Of a DNA stretch of 64,000 bases, positions 1-9,876 are shown in pieces. The stretch is from NCBI GenBank assembly GCA_963745035.1, contig CAVUVW010000013.1:1888001-1952000 (forward strand). The letters run 5' to 3'. The number at the start of each line of letters is the position of its first letter. Within the stretch, counting starts at the first letter, position 1. The translations under genes were made by a program, and so were the position numbers. Below the pieces are notes generated by a model that worked only from the letters and a program-made list of their open reading frames with translations, was not told the DNA's origin and searched no databases. Source of the stretch: an uncultured delta proteobacterium (GTDB lineage Bacteria; Desulfobacterota; Binatia; UBA9968).

Positions 1-1658
1 GCTTTGACGTCTTCGACAAACCACGCGCTCTTGCATTGCCAAAAACACTGCTCGAAGCTCTCGCCAAGCTGCGCCCAGAGGGCCTCGATTTCTCCCAGTG
101 GGCGAGATTTGGCGGCAAGACCGTAAAAACCGCGGCCGCCGATCGGTTGAGAAAAGTGCAGCGACGCGAAGTCGAACCCGATCGCCGAGATCAGCCGATT
201 GAGACCACGTTCGATGACTTGCTCCACGGAGAGAGTCTCGGCGATCTCCTGGGAGACGAGGTTCAGCGCCTCCAATTGATCGGTGTAGGCAAGCAATTGT
301 TCCTCGCCCTTGCGCAGGAGCGTGATGTCGCGCGTGATCGTGGCCGCGCCGACCACCTTGCGGTGCACGTCGCGGATCGGCGAAAGCGTAGCGGAGACGT
401 CGAAGACTTGCCCGTCCTTGCGCTTCCGCTTGCTCTCGTAGCGATTGATGCCGCGGCCCTGTTTGACGACCCCGAGCAGCTCGGAAACTTCGTCGTGGTG
501 GTTGGTAGGAATCAGCCGGAAAATGGAGCTGCCCACGATTTCTGGCGCGGAGAAACCGTAAGTAGTTTCAGCGCCGTCGTTCCAGGACGTCACAATCCCA
601 TCCAGGGTCATGCCGATAATCGCATCTTCCGACGACTCGACGATCGCCGCCAAACACGCCCTTTCTTCTTCCGCGTGGACTCGAACCTTCACGTAGCCGA
701 CGACAAACTTGCTGCCCACCAGCCAGGCGACCGCACCGGCGCCCAGCGACATCAGCACGATCCACGTTAGATTGTGCGCCAAGGCGCGATTCACAGGACC
801 AAAAGCGGCCGCTTTGGGAATGCCCACCATCACGTACATTTGGCCGGCGCCCGGACCTGGCGCAAGCGGCTTGAGGGCGTACATGCGCTCAACTCCGTCC
901 AAACCGACCAGGTGGGGATTCGCCTGACTGCGCAGCCGGAGCATTTCAAACATCGGCGCGTCGGGAATATGCTTGCCCACCCACTTTTCGGGATCGGGAA
1001 ATCTCGCGAGCAGAGTACCCCGGGCGTCGACCACCGACAGCCCCACCTCGTCCGGCAAATGACTCTCCGCCGCGAGTTGATTGATCCAGGCAACATCGAG
1101 GGCCGCATAAACGACCGCGCCAATGCCGCCGTCGGGGGAAAATATCGGCAAGGCGAACCCGACGCTCTTGCGGTCGCGCGCGCCGCGGAGCGCATAGTTA
1201 CCGATGGCGAACCCTTTCGCCGCCAACGCGTGTTGAAAGTGACTCGTCCGCGCGATGCTCGTGCCCACTTTGTTTTCATTTGCGGCGCAGCGCACCACGC
1301 CGTCCGCGCCGGCGACACCGAGATCGACGTAGATATCGTTGTGCCCGGCAAAGCGCCGCAACAACTTGCCGCAGGTCGCGGTTTCGGAGCTCATGACTTC
1401 CGGCGTGTCGGCGAGCAGAGTCAATAATTGCCTGGCGGAATCGATGAAGCGGGCTTCGCGGGCCGCGACGTTTTCGGCGATTTGCCAGGCCTTCTCCTGC
1501 GCTTCGGCGATCCCCACACCGCTCGCCAACTTCGCCTGATAGAAAATCAATCCGACGATGGGCAGCACTGCGATCAATAAGATAATCAGCAGCCGTTGGC
1601 GCAGATTGCGAAGGAAAGGTTCCGTCGCGAGCAGGATAATGCGGTCAAGCTTTCCCAT
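1..1658 (-). CDS. Membrane sensor protein (TM-dCache-TM-PAS-GAF; histidine kinase or cyclase output lies beyond the window), 3'-partial
   Basis: Not in the ORF track because it has no stop inside the window. Manual translation from ATG 1658 gives MGKLDRIILLATEPFLRNLRQRLLIILLIAVLP (TM), an extracytoplasmic Cache-like region, a second TM, the PAS motif AIVESSEDAIIGMTLDGIVTSWNDGAE...RKRKDGQVFDVSATLSPIRD...ITRDIT, then a GAF-like segment. Confidence 0.8.
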   Translation of the reverse strand, partial: MGKLDRIILLATEPFLRNLRQRLLIILLIAVLPIVGLIFYQAKLASGVGIAEAQEKAWQIAENVAAREARFIDSARQLLTLLADTPEVMSSETATCGKLLRRFAGHNDIYVDLGVAGADGVVRCAANENKVGTSIARTSHFQHALAAKGFAIGNYALRGARDRKSVGFALPIFSPDGGIGAVVYAALDVAWINQLAAESHLPDEVGLSVVDARGTLLARFPDPEKWVGKHIPDAPMFEMLRLRSQANPHLVGLDGVERMYALKPLAPGPGAGQMYVMVGIPKAAAFGPVNRALAHNLTWIVLMSLGAGAVAWLVGSKFVVGYVKVRVHAEEERACLAAIVESSEDAIIGMTLDGIVTSWNDGAETTYGFSAPEIVGSSIFRLIPTNHHDEVSELLGVVKQGRGINRYESKRKRKDGQVFDVSATLSPIRDVHRKVVGAATITRDITLLRKGEEQLLAYTDQLEALNLVSQEIAETLSVEQVIERGLNRLISAIGFDFASLHFSQPIGGRGFYGLAAKSRPLGEIEALWAQLGESFEQCFWQCKSAWFVEDVK

Positions 1659-1834
1659 GGTTGCGTTCGAGATCGAACCGTTGCGGACTTGCGAACCGGG
1701 TGCGCGGAGCTACGGACGTCGCCCCGGTCTTATCGCTAAGCCGGCCGCGGCACGCGGCCGATCGGCGGGATTGCTCACGGAGCGCTTGGTCGCTCTTCGA
1801 GAACCTTCCGCGAGGCGATGATTCCGGAGCCCAA

Positions 1835-2056
1835 TCAGAAACCGGCGTTTCCTTTGTCCGAGGTAACGGAAGAATCTTCCCGCCCCTCGATCCAGCGCGT
1901 AAGCTGGCTCTCGCGCACGCGCCATTGCCCACCGACTTTGAACGCCGGCAGATCCTTGCGCCGGATCATGCGTTGTAAAGTCCGCGTAGAAACGTTTAGC
2001 AACTCCGCCGCCTCGAGCAGAGTCAACAGACGAAGACCATCCAAACTGGCGCTCAT
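1835..2056 (-). CDS. Excisionase-family helix-turn-helix DNA-binding protein (HTH_17)
   Basis: LLTLLEAAELLNVSTRTLQRMIRRKDLPAFKVGGQWRV is a typical HTH_17 signature; GAGGAG RBS upstream. Confidence 0.85.
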   Translation of the reverse strand: MSASLDGLRLLTLLEAAELLNVSTRTLQRMIRRKDLPAFKVGGQWRVRESQLTRWIEGREDSSVTSDKGNAGF

Positions 2057-2081
2057 GCAAAAACTCCTCGGGAAGCTGGGA

Positions 2082-2096
2082 GCAATGCGAATGCCA
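2082..2096 (-). promoter_or_regulatory. Putative sigma54 (-24/-12) promoter
   Basis: Minus strand TGGCATTCGCATTGC matches TGGCA(C)-N5-TTGC, about 25 nt upstream of the HTH start. Confidence 0.6.
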
Positions 2097-2275
2097 TAGC
2101 CTTGATCAATTAAGCCGTTGTTTTCGTTGGCAGATTCCGCTGAGGGTCGCCGAGGGGGGTACAGAATTGGACAAACAATGACGGCGCAGAGCGGCGGCTG
2201 GTTGGCGCAGCGGATTCAATCCCGGGAAGCGCCGGGGCCGTGGAGCGCGCTGTGGCTGGTCAACCGGCGGTGGAT

Positions 2276-4207
2276 CTATTGCCGATAGAGAACTTCGCCG
2301 GCCCTGCGGCAATCATAGCCGCCGAGTTCGGCGACCACTCGTTTCAAACCCTCCGAGCCGATGACTTTCATCAGTTTCTCGCCGCGTTGCGACTCGTAAA
2401 ACGAACGCGCCACTACCAGATCGTACTCCTCGCTCGCAACGGGAATGAAGTCGAGATCCAGCGCCGTCGCCGCCGCCCGCACCCCGAGGCCGGCGTCGGC
2501 AAGGCCGCTGGCCACGGCGACGCCCACCGCCATGTGGGTAAATTCCTCGCGCTCGTAGCCGGCGACGGCGGCAGGAGCGATGTGAAGCTTTTTCAGCTCG
2601 TGGTCGAGCAGCACACGCGTGCCCGAGCCCGACTGGCGGTTGACGAAGCGAATCTCCGGTCGGGCGAGGTCCTTGAGGCTGGTAATCGATTTTGGATTGC
2701 CGCGCGCGACCAGTATGCCCTGCTCGCGCTCGGCCAGATGAACCAAGACCAGCGGGACCTTGGGGATGATTTTCTTTATATCGGGAATATTGTAAACGCC
2801 GCTCTCCGTATCGAGCAGATGGGTTCCGCCGATGTGGGTTTCGCCGCGCTCGAGTGCGAGCAAACCGCCGAGACTGCCGACATTCGTCGCGGCGATCTTG
2901 AGCTCCGGATGGCTTAGTTTTAGCTGATCTTCGAGCACGCCGATGGCGAGATCGTGACTGCCGGTGCAAAGAATTGTGTTCTCGACGTCTTCCACGGGTC
3001 GAAGCAGCTCGACTTCAGCTTCCTCGCCGGCATTGAGCCCTTCGACCAGACTTGGAATACGCAGCAAACCATCCGCATGGACCATCGTCGTGATCACGCC
3101 GGCGCCGCGCGCGAGCGGCACAGCGACGAGCTTCTCACCGACCCGGCCCAAGGTCACACGCAGAAATTCTTCCAGCCCGAGATGCGAAGCGATCTTCTTC
3201 GGCACGATCGCGCGCACGTTGCCCTGCACGGGCGCAGCAGACCCGAGAAACTTCTCCAACGCAGGGCGTAAGATTTCGCGCGCGATCACGATGGCTGAGA
3301 CCGGATAGCCCGGCACGCCAAGCACCGGCTTTCCTGAGATCCGACCCAACACCGCGGGTTTTCCGGGCATCACGTCGATGCCGTGCGCAATCAATTCTCC
3401 GCACCCGCCGACGACATCGGCGGTAAGATCATGCTCGCCTGCCGAGGATCCGGCGATGATCGTCACCAGATCGCACTCCCTGGCCGCTCTCTCGACGGCG
3501 TTGCGGAGCGCGGTCAAATCGTCGCGCGCGCGCGGATATTTTACCGGCGCTCCGCCCCACTCGCGGACAAATGCGGCAAGCACTGTGGAATTGAAATCGA
3601 TCACGGCGCCGGGCTTGGCTTCCTCTCCCGGCTGGATCAATTCATCCCCGGTCGGAATGATGCCCACTTTAGGACGCGCCTTTACCCCGATACTCGTGTG
3701 GCCGGCCGCCAGCAGAGCCCCAAGATCGTAAGGGCGTAGCCGATGGGAGCGCGGCAAGAGCAATTCCGTGGCGACCACGTCCTCGCCCACCAGACGGACG
3801 TGGTTCCACGGCGCCACCGACTCGAAGATTTCCACCGTGCGCTCGTCGATCTGATGGACCTTTTCGATCATGATCACCGCATTGGCCCACGACGGCAAAG
3901 CATTGCCGGTATCGACATAACTGAACGCGGCGGCATCAGGCGAATCCGCGCGCGCCAGCGTCAGCTTCTTTCCAATAAATTCCGTGGCGCCGAAAGTGTC
4001 CTCCGCGCGCACGCAAATCCCGTCCATCGCAGAAGCGTGATAATGCGGCGAAGAAATCTTTGCGAAGACCGGTTCCGCGGTGATCCGATCAAGTCCGTCG
4101 TCGACCGAAATATTCTCCGCGGTGAGACACGCTGGATCGACGGTCGCGAGAAACATCTCGCGAGCTTCGGTCAGTGGCGTTTTTTTGAGGTAGCGTTTTC
4201 GTGCCAT
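2276..4207 (-). CDS. moeA: Molybdopterin molybdotransferase MoeA fused to a C-terminal periplasmic-binding-protein-like (PBP/LysR substrate) domain
   Basis: SAMDG, PTGDEL, GSSAG and MPGKP MoeA motifs, followed by GSHD...GSLGGL...NRQSGSGTR (PBP_like domain). Confidence 0.92.
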   Translation of the reverse strand: MARKRYLKKTPLTEAREMFLATVDPACLTAENISVDDGLDRITAEPVFAKISSPHYHASAMDGICVRAEDTFGATEFIGKKLTLARADSPDAAAFSYVDTGNALPSWANAVIMIEKVHQIDERTVEIFESVAPWNHVRLVGEDVVATELLLPRSHRLRPYDLGALLAAGHTSIGVKARPKVGIIPTGDELIQPGEEAKPGAVIDFNSTVLAAFVREWGGAPVKYPRARDDLTALRNAVERAARECDLVTIIAGSSAGEHDLTADVVGGCGELIAHGIDVMPGKPAVLGRISGKPVLGVPGYPVSAIVIAREILRPALEKFLGSAAPVQGNVRAIVPKKIASHLGLEEFLRVTLGRVGEKLVAVPLARGAGVITTMVHADGLLRIPSLVEGLNAGEEAEVELLRPVEDVENTILCTGSHDLAIGVLEDQLKLSHPELKIAATNVGSLGGLLALERGETHIGGTHLLDTESGVYNIPDIKKIIPKVPLVLVHLAEREQGILVARGNPKSITSLKDLARPEIRFVNRQSGSGTRVLLDHELKKLHIAPAAVAGYEREEFTHMAVGVAVASGLADAGLGVRAAATALDLDFIPVASEEYDLVVARSFYESQRGEKLMKVIGSEGLKRVVAELGGYDCRRAGEVLYRQ

Positions 4208-4215
4208 GAATCAAG

Positions 4216-4290
4216 AGTTTCGATTTTTGGTTTCTCGCTTCGAGTTTTCGGTCTGCCAACCAGAAACTAGAAACGAGGAACTAGAAACTA
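4216..4290. repeat. Inverted pair of degenerate 7-nt tandem repeats (TTTCGAG-like / CTAGAAA-like)
   Basis: tttcgat ttttggt ttctcgc ttcgagt tttcggt ... ccagaaa ctagaaa cgaggaa ctagaaa, between the two moeA genes. Confidence 0.7.
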
Positions 4291-5526
4291 AAAAAGAATT
4301 ACTTCTACTTCCTCTCCTTGCTCCAACCCATCCTGATTCATGTCGATCCGAATCATGCCGTCGGCCTTCACCAGAGTGAAGATCGCGCCGGATTTGCTCG
4401 GTAACGGCGTCGCGGTCAATTCACCCGTTTCACCGTCGAGCGTCACACGGACGTAATCTTCGCGGCCGATTTGCGAGGCGACGTTGGTTTTCAACTTCGC
4501 CTTGATGGTGCGCGCAAAGCGCCCGAGTGCCGCCATACTCTCGCCGCCGAGACGGCGAATCATCGGCGCCGCGAACAGATCAAAGATGACCAGAGCCGAC
4601 ACCGGATAGCCCGGCAGGCCGAGAATTGGTTTGCCGCAAGCCCGGGCAAAAATCGTCGGCTTGCCCGGCGCGATGGAAATACCGTGAAAGACAAACTCCG
4701 AATCCGGAAACGACAAGATCGTTTCGAGCGCGATATCCTTTGCGCCCATGGAGCTGCCGCCTGACAACAGCACCAGATCGGCCCACTCGAGCGCTTCGCC
4801 GATCGCATGTTTGAGCGCGCTGCGATCGTCGCGCACCACGCCCCAGTCCTTCAATTCACCGCCGCACTCTTCGATGAGACCGGCCAGTGAATGCTGGTTG
4901 ATGTTACGCACCTGCCCCGGCAATGGCACCATGTCTGCATCGACGATCTCATCACCGGTCGAGATCAACGCCACGCGGGGCTTTTGGTAAACAGCGATCG
5001 AAGATATGCCGACCCCGGTAAGCGCGCCGAGATCGTGCGCGCGCAAACGCCTGCCGCGCTGGAAGACCAACTCGCCTTTCTTGATGTCGTCGCCGATCTG
5101 AATGACGTTTTGCCATGGCGACACGGCGCGATGAATTTCAACCAGACCGGCGCCGGTTTCGTCGGTGTGCTCGACCATCACGACCGCGTCGCTCTCGGGC
5201 GGCATCATGCCGCCGGTTGAGATACGCATCGCTTCGCCCTTCGCTAGCAACTGCGCCGCCTCTTTGCCCATCTCCACCACACCTGCAAGCTTTAAATAAG
5301 CCGGCAGGCTCTGGCTCGCACCGAAGGTATCTTTTGCCTTCACCGCATAGCCGTCCATCGCCGCGCGATGAAAATGCGGCAGATCGACTGCCGAATAGAG
5401 ATCTTCCGCCAAAACACGCGCACGCCCCGCAACCGACGCAATGGATTCCGCATCGACTGGTTCGACCGCCAGCAGCAATCGGAGCGCGTCCTGGGGCGCC
5501 AGGACTTTAAAAAATGTCTGCGCCAC
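4288..5526 (-). CDS. moeA: Molybdopterin molybdotransferase MoeA (gephyrin-like Glp)
   Basis: AAMDGYAV, ISTGDEI, SGGSSMG and IAPGKPT motifs; 412 aa. Confidence 0.95.
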   Translation of the reverse strand: MAQTFFKVLAPQDALRLLLAVEPVDAESIASVAGRARVLAEDLYSAVDLPHFHRAAMDGYAVKAKDTFGASQSLPAYLKLAGVVEMGKEAAQLLAKGEAMRISTGGMMPPESDAVVMVEHTDETGAGLVEIHRAVSPWQNVIQIGDDIKKGELVFQRGRRLRAHDLGALTGVGISSIAVYQKPRVALISTGDEIVDADMVPLPGQVRNINQHSLAGLIEECGGELKDWGVVRDDRSALKHAIGEALEWADLVLLSGGSSMGAKDIALETILSFPDSEFVFHGISIAPGKPTIFARACGKPILGLPGYPVSALVIFDLFAAPMIRRLGGESMAALGRFARTIKAKLKTNVASQIGREDYVRVTLDGETGELTATPLPSKSGAIFTLVKADGMIRIDMNQDGLEQGEEVEVILF

Positions 5527-5717
5527 GTTGAGCGAATCATAGGCAGAACCATTGGTGGAATCAATCCGAAAGCTCCCAGCTAACCTTGACAGTGCTGCGG
5601 CTTAGGCAGAAAATCACGCCCGCAAACCGGTCATGCTGGACCCGCGTGCGCGCCGGCTTAAGAACCGATTGCGCTGTGCGCGATCGGCGTAAAATCTTCA
5701 ACGATGAAAGGACACCC

Positions 5718-6665
5718 ATGAGCCGAGCCGTGAACCTCTCCATCGCCGCAACTTCCAAACGAGTCGACATCGCCAACATCGTCGCCCTAACGTTTTTCAA
5801 CAACGTGGAATTGCCGCGCCAATCCCAGCTCGATGTCGCCATGGGCTGGCGCGACTCCGCCCTGGGCGGCACTGGACCCGCGCTGCTGGTCGGCAAGAAG
5901 AAATACGATTTTGGCTTCGGCAACCCAGTCGGTCTGTCGGCCATGGCCTATCTCGGCCGCGGCTTTTACAAAGAGAAGATTCCTTTGCGCGCCATCGGTG
6001 TCTTCCCGACCTGGGATCGGCTGATCTTCGCCGTGCGCAAAGACTCCGGCATCCATTCCCTGGAAGACGTGAGGCGGCGACAATATCCTCTGCGTATCTC
6101 GACCCGCCGTCGCGGCAAGCTGCAGACGACCGTTTATGCAATCGAAGAAGTGCTCAAAGCCTATGGCATGAGCTTCAAGCAAATCGAACGCTGGGGCGGG
6201 AAAGTGATGGAAGCGGCGTCGCCGAGCAGCAGCGAGCGCAAGGATCATATTCAGACCGGCAAGGCGGACGCGGTGTTCGACGAAGGCGTCAAGAGCTGGG
6301 GAAATACGGCGCTCGACGCCGGCATGCGCTTCCTGCCGATCCATGACGCGGCCGCGCGCCACATGAACAAACTCGGCTTTCCCAGCGCGATGCTGACGCG
6401 GCAACACTATCCAAACTTGGATCGGGATATCCGCTGCGTCGATTTTAGCGGCTGGACCTTTTTCTGCCATGCCGACTTGCCGGCGGCAATCGCTTACGGT
6501 ATGGCCAAGGCCGTCGATCTTTGTCACGAAAAAATTCCGGTGGACCACTTCGACAAGCGCCCCATGACCATGCTCGAGTTCAGCCGGGGCGGCGAGGCCG
6601 GCCAATTGAATATACCGCTCCATCCAGGCGCAAAAAAATATTACAAAGAAATGGGATATGTTTAG
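5718..6665 (+). CDS. TAXI-family (TRAP-type) solute-binding-fold protein, no obvious signal peptide
   Basis: C-terminal IPLHPGAKKYYKE TAXI signature and FAVRKDSGIHSLED; likely ATG 5718 after GAAAGGA. Confidence 0.75.
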   Translation: MSRAVNLSIAATSKRVDIANIVALTFFNNVELPRQSQLDVAMGWRDSALGGTGPALLVGKKKYDFGFGNPVGLSAMAYLGRGFYKEKIPLRAIGVFPTWDRLIFAVRKDSGIHSLEDVRRRQYPLRISTRRRGKLQTTVYAIEEVLKAYGMSFKQIERWGGKVMEAASPSSSERKDHIQTGKADAVFDEGVKSWGNTALDAGMRFLPIHDAAARHMNKLGFPSAMLTRQHYPNLDRDIRCVDFSGWTFFCHADLPAAIAYGMAKAVDLCHEKIPVDHFDKRPMTMLEFSRGGEAGQLNIPLHPGAKKYYKEMGYV

Positions 6666-6720
6666 GAAAGCGCATGTGCAGTGCGAGGCAGATCTTCAGG
6701 TGAGTTGAATGAGACCGTGC

Positions 6721-6833
6721 AGTTCAAAGCCGTTCAAGACGTTCAAGTCGTCTCCCCTCTTTCATCCTCCCCCACACCGAGGTGGGGGCTTGAACGGAGC
6801 GCAAGCGATTGAACGTTTTGAACGGCTTGAACG
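6721..6833. repeat. Palindromic intergenic element of 9-nt tandem units (CGTTCAAnn / nnTTGAACG), copy 1
   Basis: gttcaaagc cgttcaaga cgttcaagt ... ttgaacg ttttgaacg gcttgaacg, with an internal ccccca..tggggg hairpin. Confidence 0.75.
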
Positions 6834-6865
6834 AGATCCCCTCTTACCTTTGAAAGGAATAGTTG

Positions 6866-7846
6866 ATGTCCAACAAACCTAAAATCACCTTGGGCCTGCC
6901 GGATCATCCGCGGTGTCAGGCGATCATCGACGGCAAAGTCGGCATCGAAGGCTACGAGCTGCATGTCGATCCCAATTTTGTGTCCTCTGGCGAGCGCCAT
7001 TACAAATACCTGCATGGTGCATGGGACGTCGGTGAAGTCTCGGCGGCGAGCTTGCTCCGCGCCATCGAGAAAGGACAACAGCTGCTTGCAATCCCCGTCT
7101 TTTTCGAGCGTGGGCCGCGCCAGCGCAACATCTATCATTGCGATAAGCATCTCACCCATCCATCGGAGCTGAAGGGCAAAAAGTTCGGATGCTTCCGCTA
7201 CGGCGCCACCGCGGTGGTGTGGGCGCGCGGCTATCTGCTCGACGCGCACAATATCAAGACCACCGACATGCAGTGGTTCGTTTCCGGGCGGGAAGTTTTC
7301 ATCGGCCATGACCTGCCGGTCCAAGTGCAACGCATCGATCCGCCGCCGCCCTTCGGCGGCGAGAAGCTGGTGCTTTCCAAGATGCTCAGCGAAGGCGCGC
7401 TCCACGGCGCTGTGGTTCCCGGCGACAACGGTTACGCCGGATTTTTCGGCGGCGGCGAAACGCCGCAGATGATGTCCGCCCATCCCGGCGTAAAACCGCT
7501 CTTCAACGACAATCAAGAAATTATCGATTACGTCAAAAAGACCGGCATCAATCCGATTATGCACGTGCTCTCGATTCGTCGCGAAGTCGCCGAGCGCCAT
7601 CCGGATTTGCCGGCGAAACTTACGCGCGCGTTCATGGAGGCTCGCGACGTCGCCGGCCAATACATGTCCGCCGAGGAAATCGCCGGCTATCAAAAAGAGC
7701 GCGACGTGCTGGGCGAAGATCCATATGCCTACGTTATGGGCGAAGACGAAAAGCGCACGCTCGCGGCAATGAACCGCTATCAGATCGAACAAGGGCTGAT
7801 GAAAACCACGTTACCGATGGATGAACTGTTCATCGGTCACGTTTGA
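6866..7846 (+). CDS. 4,5-dihydroxyphthalate decarboxylase-like protein (type 2 periplasmic-binding fold, cytoplasmic)
   Basis: DVGEVS, AIPVF, YGATAVVWARG, PIMHVL and DPYAY motifs of the Pht5/OphC-like family; no signal peptide. Confidence 0.7.
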   Translation: MSNKPKITLGLPDHPRCQAIIDGKVGIEGYELHVDPNFVSSGERHYKYLHGAWDVGEVSAASLLRAIEKGQQLLAIPVFFERGPRQRNIYHCDKHLTHPSELKGKKFGCFRYGATAVVWARGYLLDAHNIKTTDMQWFVSGREVFIGHDLPVQVQRIDPPPPFGGEKLVLSKMLSEGALHGAVVPGDNGYAGFFGGGETPQMMSAHPGVKPLFNDNQEIIDYVKKTGINPIMHVLSIRREVAERHPDLPAKLTRAFMEARDVAGQYMSAEEIAGYQKERDVLGEDPYAYVMGEDEKRTLAAMNRYQIEQGLMKTTLPMDELFIGHV

Positions 7847-7860
7847 AAGATCAACCAACA

Positions 7861-9752
7861 ATGAAAAGTTTGTTTCCGCCACAACGCACAACTCCTCTCC
7901 CCGGCGGCTACATGGGCAAAATTCTCCGCGTCGACCTCACCACGGGCGCGTTAAAAGATGAAAACCTCCCCGAAGAGCCCATTTTGAAAAAATTCATCGG
8001 CGGCCAAGCGCTGGCGTTGTATATATTGATGAACGAATTGCCCCTCGACGCGACGCCGTTCGGTCCGGAAAACATCGTCGTCATGATGACCGGGCCGCTC
8101 ACCGGCAACGGCTTCACTCCCGGCGGCACGAAAATGACGGCCGTCTACTTGAGCCCGCTCACGAACACGACTCTCGGGTCGCGGCGCCACCAGCGGATAT
8201 TGGGGAACCTATCTCAAGGCCGCGGGCTACGACGGCGTTATTCTCCAGGGCGCTTCACCGAAGCCGGTTTATCTCTATATCAAAGACGGCAAGGCCGAGT
8301 TGCGCGACGCCGCGCAAGTCTGGGGACTCGGTACCCGCGACACCGAAGATCGCTTGCGTGAGATCGTCGGCAATCGCGACGCCAGGGTGCCTGTGCATCG
8401 GTCCCGCCGGCGAGAATATGAATCGCGCCGCCATGCTGGCGAACGACTACAACCATTTCGCCGCCCACAGCGGCGGCGCCGTGCTCGGCTCAAAAAAACT
8501 CAAGGCCATCGTCGTTGCCGGCGCGCTGCGGCCGAGCTATCGGGACAAAGCGAGACTCGCCGATGCCGGCGCGCGCTGGCGCGGCGTGCTGCAACAGCAC
8601 GACGTGAAAAAGAAGAAAACCAAATACGGCCACGGCGACGCCTGGGGCGCGCTCAATAATCTCAACTGGCGCAGCACTGACCTTCAACCCGCGCATATCA
8701 AGGGCTTCGACCAAAACGACGTCGTGCTTCGTCCCTGCTTTCAGTGCGCGCGGATGTGTCCTTGGGACGCGAAGCTCGGCGAAGGCGAATTCAAAGGCAC
8801 CGTCGTGCATTTCAACGCCGGCGGCGAATGGCTCGACACGTTTTTCAATCTCGGCATCAAGGGCAATGCCGTGCTCTACCTCGCCGAGAAGATCAATAAT
8901 TTGGGCATCGAGTGCAGCCATTTTTCCTGCGGCGCCGGAGTCGCTTTCGAAGCGTGGGAAAAGGGCCTACTCGGACCCGACCGCACGAACGGCTTGAAAC
9001 TCGAATGGGGAAACGTCGATGCGGTGGACAAACTGCTGGACATGGCGGCGCGCCGCGAAGGATGGCTCGGCAATCTTCTCGCCGAAGGGCCGAAGCAGCT
9101 CGCCGAAGCGCTCGGCGGCGACGCGCCCAAATGGGCGGTGCACACCAAAGGCGGCACGCCGGCGATGCACGAGTGGCGCCCGTTGCTGGGCCAAATGCTG
9201 CGCGAGCTCGTCGCCAGCGGCGGCATGAAACCGCAAGGCGGCGGCTCGAAAAATCCACCGCCCGACCTGCGCGAGAACGAACACTGGGGTCCGTTGGAAA
9301 TGGACAACCCCGAGGGCTGGGTCTGGTCGCACGTCCTTTCCGAGCAGTACCGGCAATTTACCGGCATCTTCGGCGGCTGCTGGTTCGCCCAGGAAAGTCA
9401 CAAAAAAGATGGCCTCAACAGCATCGTCGATGCTTTCAACGCCATCACCGGCTGGAACTTCTCGATGAAAGAAGCCCTCGACGCCGGCCACCGCAGCATG
9501 ATCCTGCAAAGTCTCTTCGGCACCCAGCGCGGCTGGATCGCCGACTTCGATTGGCAGGACGTCGGCCCACGCTTTCTGGAACCCATCCCCGACGGCAAGT
9601 ACAAAGGCTTCACCATCGCCAAATGGCTGCCGGACATGATTTGGGAATACTACCGATTATCCGGCAGGCACGAGCGAACAGGTAGACCTTTTAAAGACAC
9701 GCTTGAGAATTTGGGCTTGGAAGAATTCATGGAATGGAGCCAGCTGGACTAA
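7861..9752 (+). CDS. Aldehyde:ferredoxin oxidoreductase (AOR/WOR family) paralogue 1, two +1 frameshifts (~8177, ~8390)
   Basis: GGYMGKILRVDL, LKAAGYDG, CIGPAGEN, GAVLGSKKLKA and CxxCxxxC (CFQCARMC). Three reading frames join into ~629 aa colinear with paralogue 2. Confidence 0.85.
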
Positions 9753-9779
9753 TCAACACTCGCCACGAAGTTAAAAATC

Positions 9780-9857
9780 GTCATGCCGGCGGAGGCCGGC
9801 ATCCAGGTCAATTTTCGGCTTAAGTCACGGACTGCATTCCGCATGCGCCGGAATGAC
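9780..9857. repeat. REP-like palindrome (GTCATxCCGGC..GCCGGxATCCAG...GGAATGAC type), copy 1
   Basis: gtcatgccggcggaggccggcatccagg...gcgccggaatgac, immediately after the AOR1 stop. Confidence 0.7.
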
Positions 9858-9876
9858 AGAGGAGTGTTGTAATTGG

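Noticed and set aside
36-1427. Plus-strand ORFs 36..770 and 774..1427
   Set aside because: Antisense shadows of the minus-strand Cache/PAS/GAF sensor gene.
8177-8391. Programmed frameshifting or true pseudogenisation of AOR1
   Set aside because: No slippery heptamer, positions differ from the AOR2 shift, and the same +1 pattern occurs in unrelated genes.
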